From assembly GCA_964016885.1 (NCBI GenBank), contig OZ024740.1, forward strand, positions 405,790,001 through 405,854,000: 64,000 nucleotides of DNA. The letters run 5' to 3'. The notes under the pieces were generated by a model. That model saw nothing but the letters and a program-made list of their open reading frames with translations, made no database searches and was not told the DNA's origin. Position 1 is the stretch's first letter, and every line of letters starts with the position of its first letter. This stretch comes from Eledone cirrhosa. Lineage: Eukaryota. The position numbers were made by a program, and so were the translations under genes. Positions 60,737 through 64,000 of the stretch are shown piece by piece.

Positions 60737-62639
60737 TTTTATTATTGTTTCAAAAGGTGTTTTTGGTTTATTTATTTATTTTGTTTTTTTTATTTATTTT
60801 ACAACTTTAAACCTTCCTCAATATGAAAGATGAAATATATTTACGAAGGCACCTTTGTACATGATTTTATGAAAGGTTAATCAGGTCAGTTTATGATCAA
60901 AGTTATTCTAATCATCAAGCATTGTGCAGAGATTGAACCTGAGTAAGATGGTTGGATAACATCCATGAGTTCGGCTGGCCTTGCTTGGCAATCAAGCCGG
61001 ATAAGTTGGAGATGGTTGTTTCTGACAGGACCCGGTGGAAGGCATACTTAAGGACTCAGCCGCCACAACCCTCCCAGGAATAAGTGGGGAAAGAAGTAAA
61101 TCTATGACCACAGTCCTTCCTTTAAGATGGGAAAGTGAGATTTGAGGAAAATTTGACTGCTATTTCTAGTAGATAAATCGATCACAAAGAATCGCTCATT
61201 GGCTTGCCAAGCATATGTAGAGATAGCTAGTTTTAATATGGTTCTGTTTTATGAATATTGTCGGACGCCATGCTTTGACACATAGTTACGCCCCTTGCCA
61301 TTCAGAGTTCAAATCCCGCCGAGGTTAACTTTGCCTTTCATCCTTACGGGGTCGATAAAATAAAGTACCAGTAATGCACTGGGTAATTACTGGCCTTGTG
61401 CCAAAAGTAGAAACAATTATTAATGTCCAAAATTTAATATTCCCCATTGCTAGAATCATATTGCAAAATGTGTTGGCAATCATTATAATGACTTAGTGAA
61501 AAAACTGTGACTTGAGTGGGCATAGGCTAGTATTAAAATATATACATGTGTGTGGTTGGAATGATAATGGAGCTTGATGATGGTATTAGCGTCATCAAAT
61601 GCTGGGTCTTTGGATTCAATTATACCTTATTTTTGACATTAATGTCTAAATTCCCTCCAAAATGAGATACCATTAGTCTCTATGTGAGAGTATTAAAGTT
61701 CCAATGTGATGTAGAAGACATTTACTTATAATTGCTTCCATCAGAGGATATATTTGAGATGGAAGCTTAACAACTCATCCTCATCATTTTATGTCTGCTT
61801 TCCAGGTTGGACAGGTTGTCTCGAATTAGAGAACCATGTTTTGCTCAAACATTCTATTTTTGACATGGTTTTGATGACTGGATGCTCTTCCTAACATCCA
61901 CCAATTTGAAATGTGTTGTCAGCAGGATTAAAGGAATCTTCTTAACCCTATTGTCTCTTGTTTGACTTCTACCATTTTACAGAGTAGGATATCAAAAATG
62001 TCAAGGCATGAATAAAAAATAAAAGAAAACATCTTTGACTTTATAATGTGGCAGCTTTCCTGTGAAATAAAAGAATTGAGACCACTCCTTTAACACTACC
62101 ATTACTGTATTTCTAATGAAATACTCTGCCTTTGTGTTTTAATTAATTTTCTAAATAAACAAACGTTTTACATTAATAAGCTGATATTTAAAACATTTCT
62201 TAACAAATATTTTAAAAATAAAATTTGGATCATAAATTCAGAGCCATTTTAACTAGATAGGTATCAAAAAGGTTAAGATTCAAAATATTCATTCCTGCAA
62301 TACTTTCTACTTGTCAAATAAACAAGGGACCTTTATGGGATTGCTCATTCTGCTAAAAATGGCAACCAAATCATTATTTACTGAAAATAAATGCCATTAT
62401 GTTTTAATGACAGTAACTATTCTTTTGTTCTTTTACTGGCTTCAGTCATCAGACTGTTGCCTTGCTGTGGAACCACCTTCAAGGGATTTAGTTGATCATA
62501 TCGACCCCAGTACTTATTTTTTCAAGTCTGGTACTTATCTTGTTTTCTTTTTGATGAAACAATCATGGCACTTAAAGAAACAGTAAATGTAAACAGATAC
62601 ACACATAATTATATATATGTCCATTCATAAGGCATTGAT

Positions 62640-63570
62640 CAACCTTCCACAACAAACCCTGTGGAATGCAGTCTTATACCTTTTCAAGATCTATCAAACA
62701 AGAATACACCTCTTGGCAATGCTCCCATGATTTCTCAAAGACCTGCCACAATGTGAATATTTGGTTGGCTGTGCTGCATCTGGGGTGGAAACCACAATGT
62801 TCATCAGCTTGCTTGGACTCGATAATATTCCTACATCTCTTTGCCAGATACTTAGCAAAGACTTTACTGGTGAGATTTAACAAGGAAATCCCTTCATAAC
62901 TGGAGCAATTTTTCTTGTCTCTTTTTTGAAGATTGGGATTATTATTCCCGATTGCCATTGTGTAGGTTCCTTTCCAGAGATCCAGGCCACCCAGAGAATA
63001 CCATCTCTATTTAAGACAATTAACATCTCAGGCTGAATTTCATCATCCCATGTGCCATATTTAAGCTCTTTGTGAGCTCAGCTTCTTTCTAGTGCCATCT
63101 CATGTATATCTGAAAATGCTGTTGTGACCAGCAAAATATTCTCTCCACCTGTCTGATGGGAGAATCTTAAACAGGTTCCTGATAGCAGGCATGGAAGAAA
63201 ACTTATTACACAATATTTGCTGACCTGAAGTCAGATTCCATTTTAAGTCCTCCCATGTCTTAACTTTGGACACCTTTACTGTCTCTGCTGAGACTTTTCA
63301 CACCTGCTTGTATCACAAGTGCAAGGAGGAGGACTTATTTCCAAGACAAATTTTGTAAGCCACCTCCTTTGTTTGGTTGGCATTTTTGAATGCATGATCA
63401 AATCAAGGGATCTTCTTGCCACACCAAGCCTCTTTTACTTGCAGCATTTAACAGTTGAAGAAGAAACAGCCATGCTGCAGAGTCTCCACTTCATTTCAAT
63501 ATCCTGTTTGCTCAGGGAGTTCTTTATCCTGTAGGTCAAGCTGATTTGCAAGTTTTATGGGTTCTCTTGC
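62640..63570 (-). mobile_element. Degraded RTE-type LINE RT fragment
   Basis: KRDKKNCSSYEGISLL, EHCGF and IDLEKV in ORF 62674-62958. Confidence 0.8.
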
Positions 63571-64000
63571 CTTTAAGTAGTTACAGATAACTAGATGCGG
63601 ATCAGTTGACAGCTCAGCTCCTCTCTTAACATGAACAATTAGCACAGAATATAAGAGATAAGAGAAAATAACAAAATCAATAATTGATCTCTTATACCAT
63701 TGTATTTATGGACGTTTTTTTTTTTTTTTTTTTTTTTTTTGCTGGAAGGTGTTCATAATAGAGTCCATTACTAGAACGGAAGTCTAATAAGGCCTCTCCA
63801 TTCGTATTTAGACCAGGGCTGCTGTTCCTTCCAATCACTCCTTTCCATGTTAGGTAGTCAGTGGCAAGATGTACATTGAAGTCTCATTAGGATATATGAG
63901 CCAGTCTTAACTACATCTAATGCTGCAGTGACTTCAAGGAAGAATCTGTATTCAGATTCTCTGTTTGGCACAAAGTTACACCACCTACTGAAGAATTTCT

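Overview
AT-rich, repeat-dense animal genomic DNA. The SINE/RTE repertoire with (CAT)n/(GAT)n tails suggests an octopod cephalopod; this is inference. The backbone is the 3' ~80% of AASS (bifunctional lysine-ketoglutarate reductase/saccharopine dehydrogenase) on the + strand: 19 GT-AG exons from 8897 to the stop at 59628, all in frame (2256 nt, 751 aa). The 5' exons lie upstream of the window, so 1-8896 is inferred to be intron. The introns hold a decayed CsRn1-clade Ty3/Gypsy element (tRNA-Trp PBS, CHCC Gag, GGGAAAC -1 frameshift signal) whose 3' end was duplicated and partly inverted into a ~1.2-kb inverted repeat. They also hold a deleted mariner with 103-bp TIRs, RTE, CR1-like and Penelope-like fragments, tRNA-derived SINEs (two head-to-head pairs), TTAA-flanked piggyBac-type MITEs and several palindromes. 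I found no convincing novel protein system. The most interesting signal is the large amount of predicted dsRNA structure in the AASS pre-mRNA, including an inverted RTE pair bracketing a 555-nt frame-symmetric exon block.
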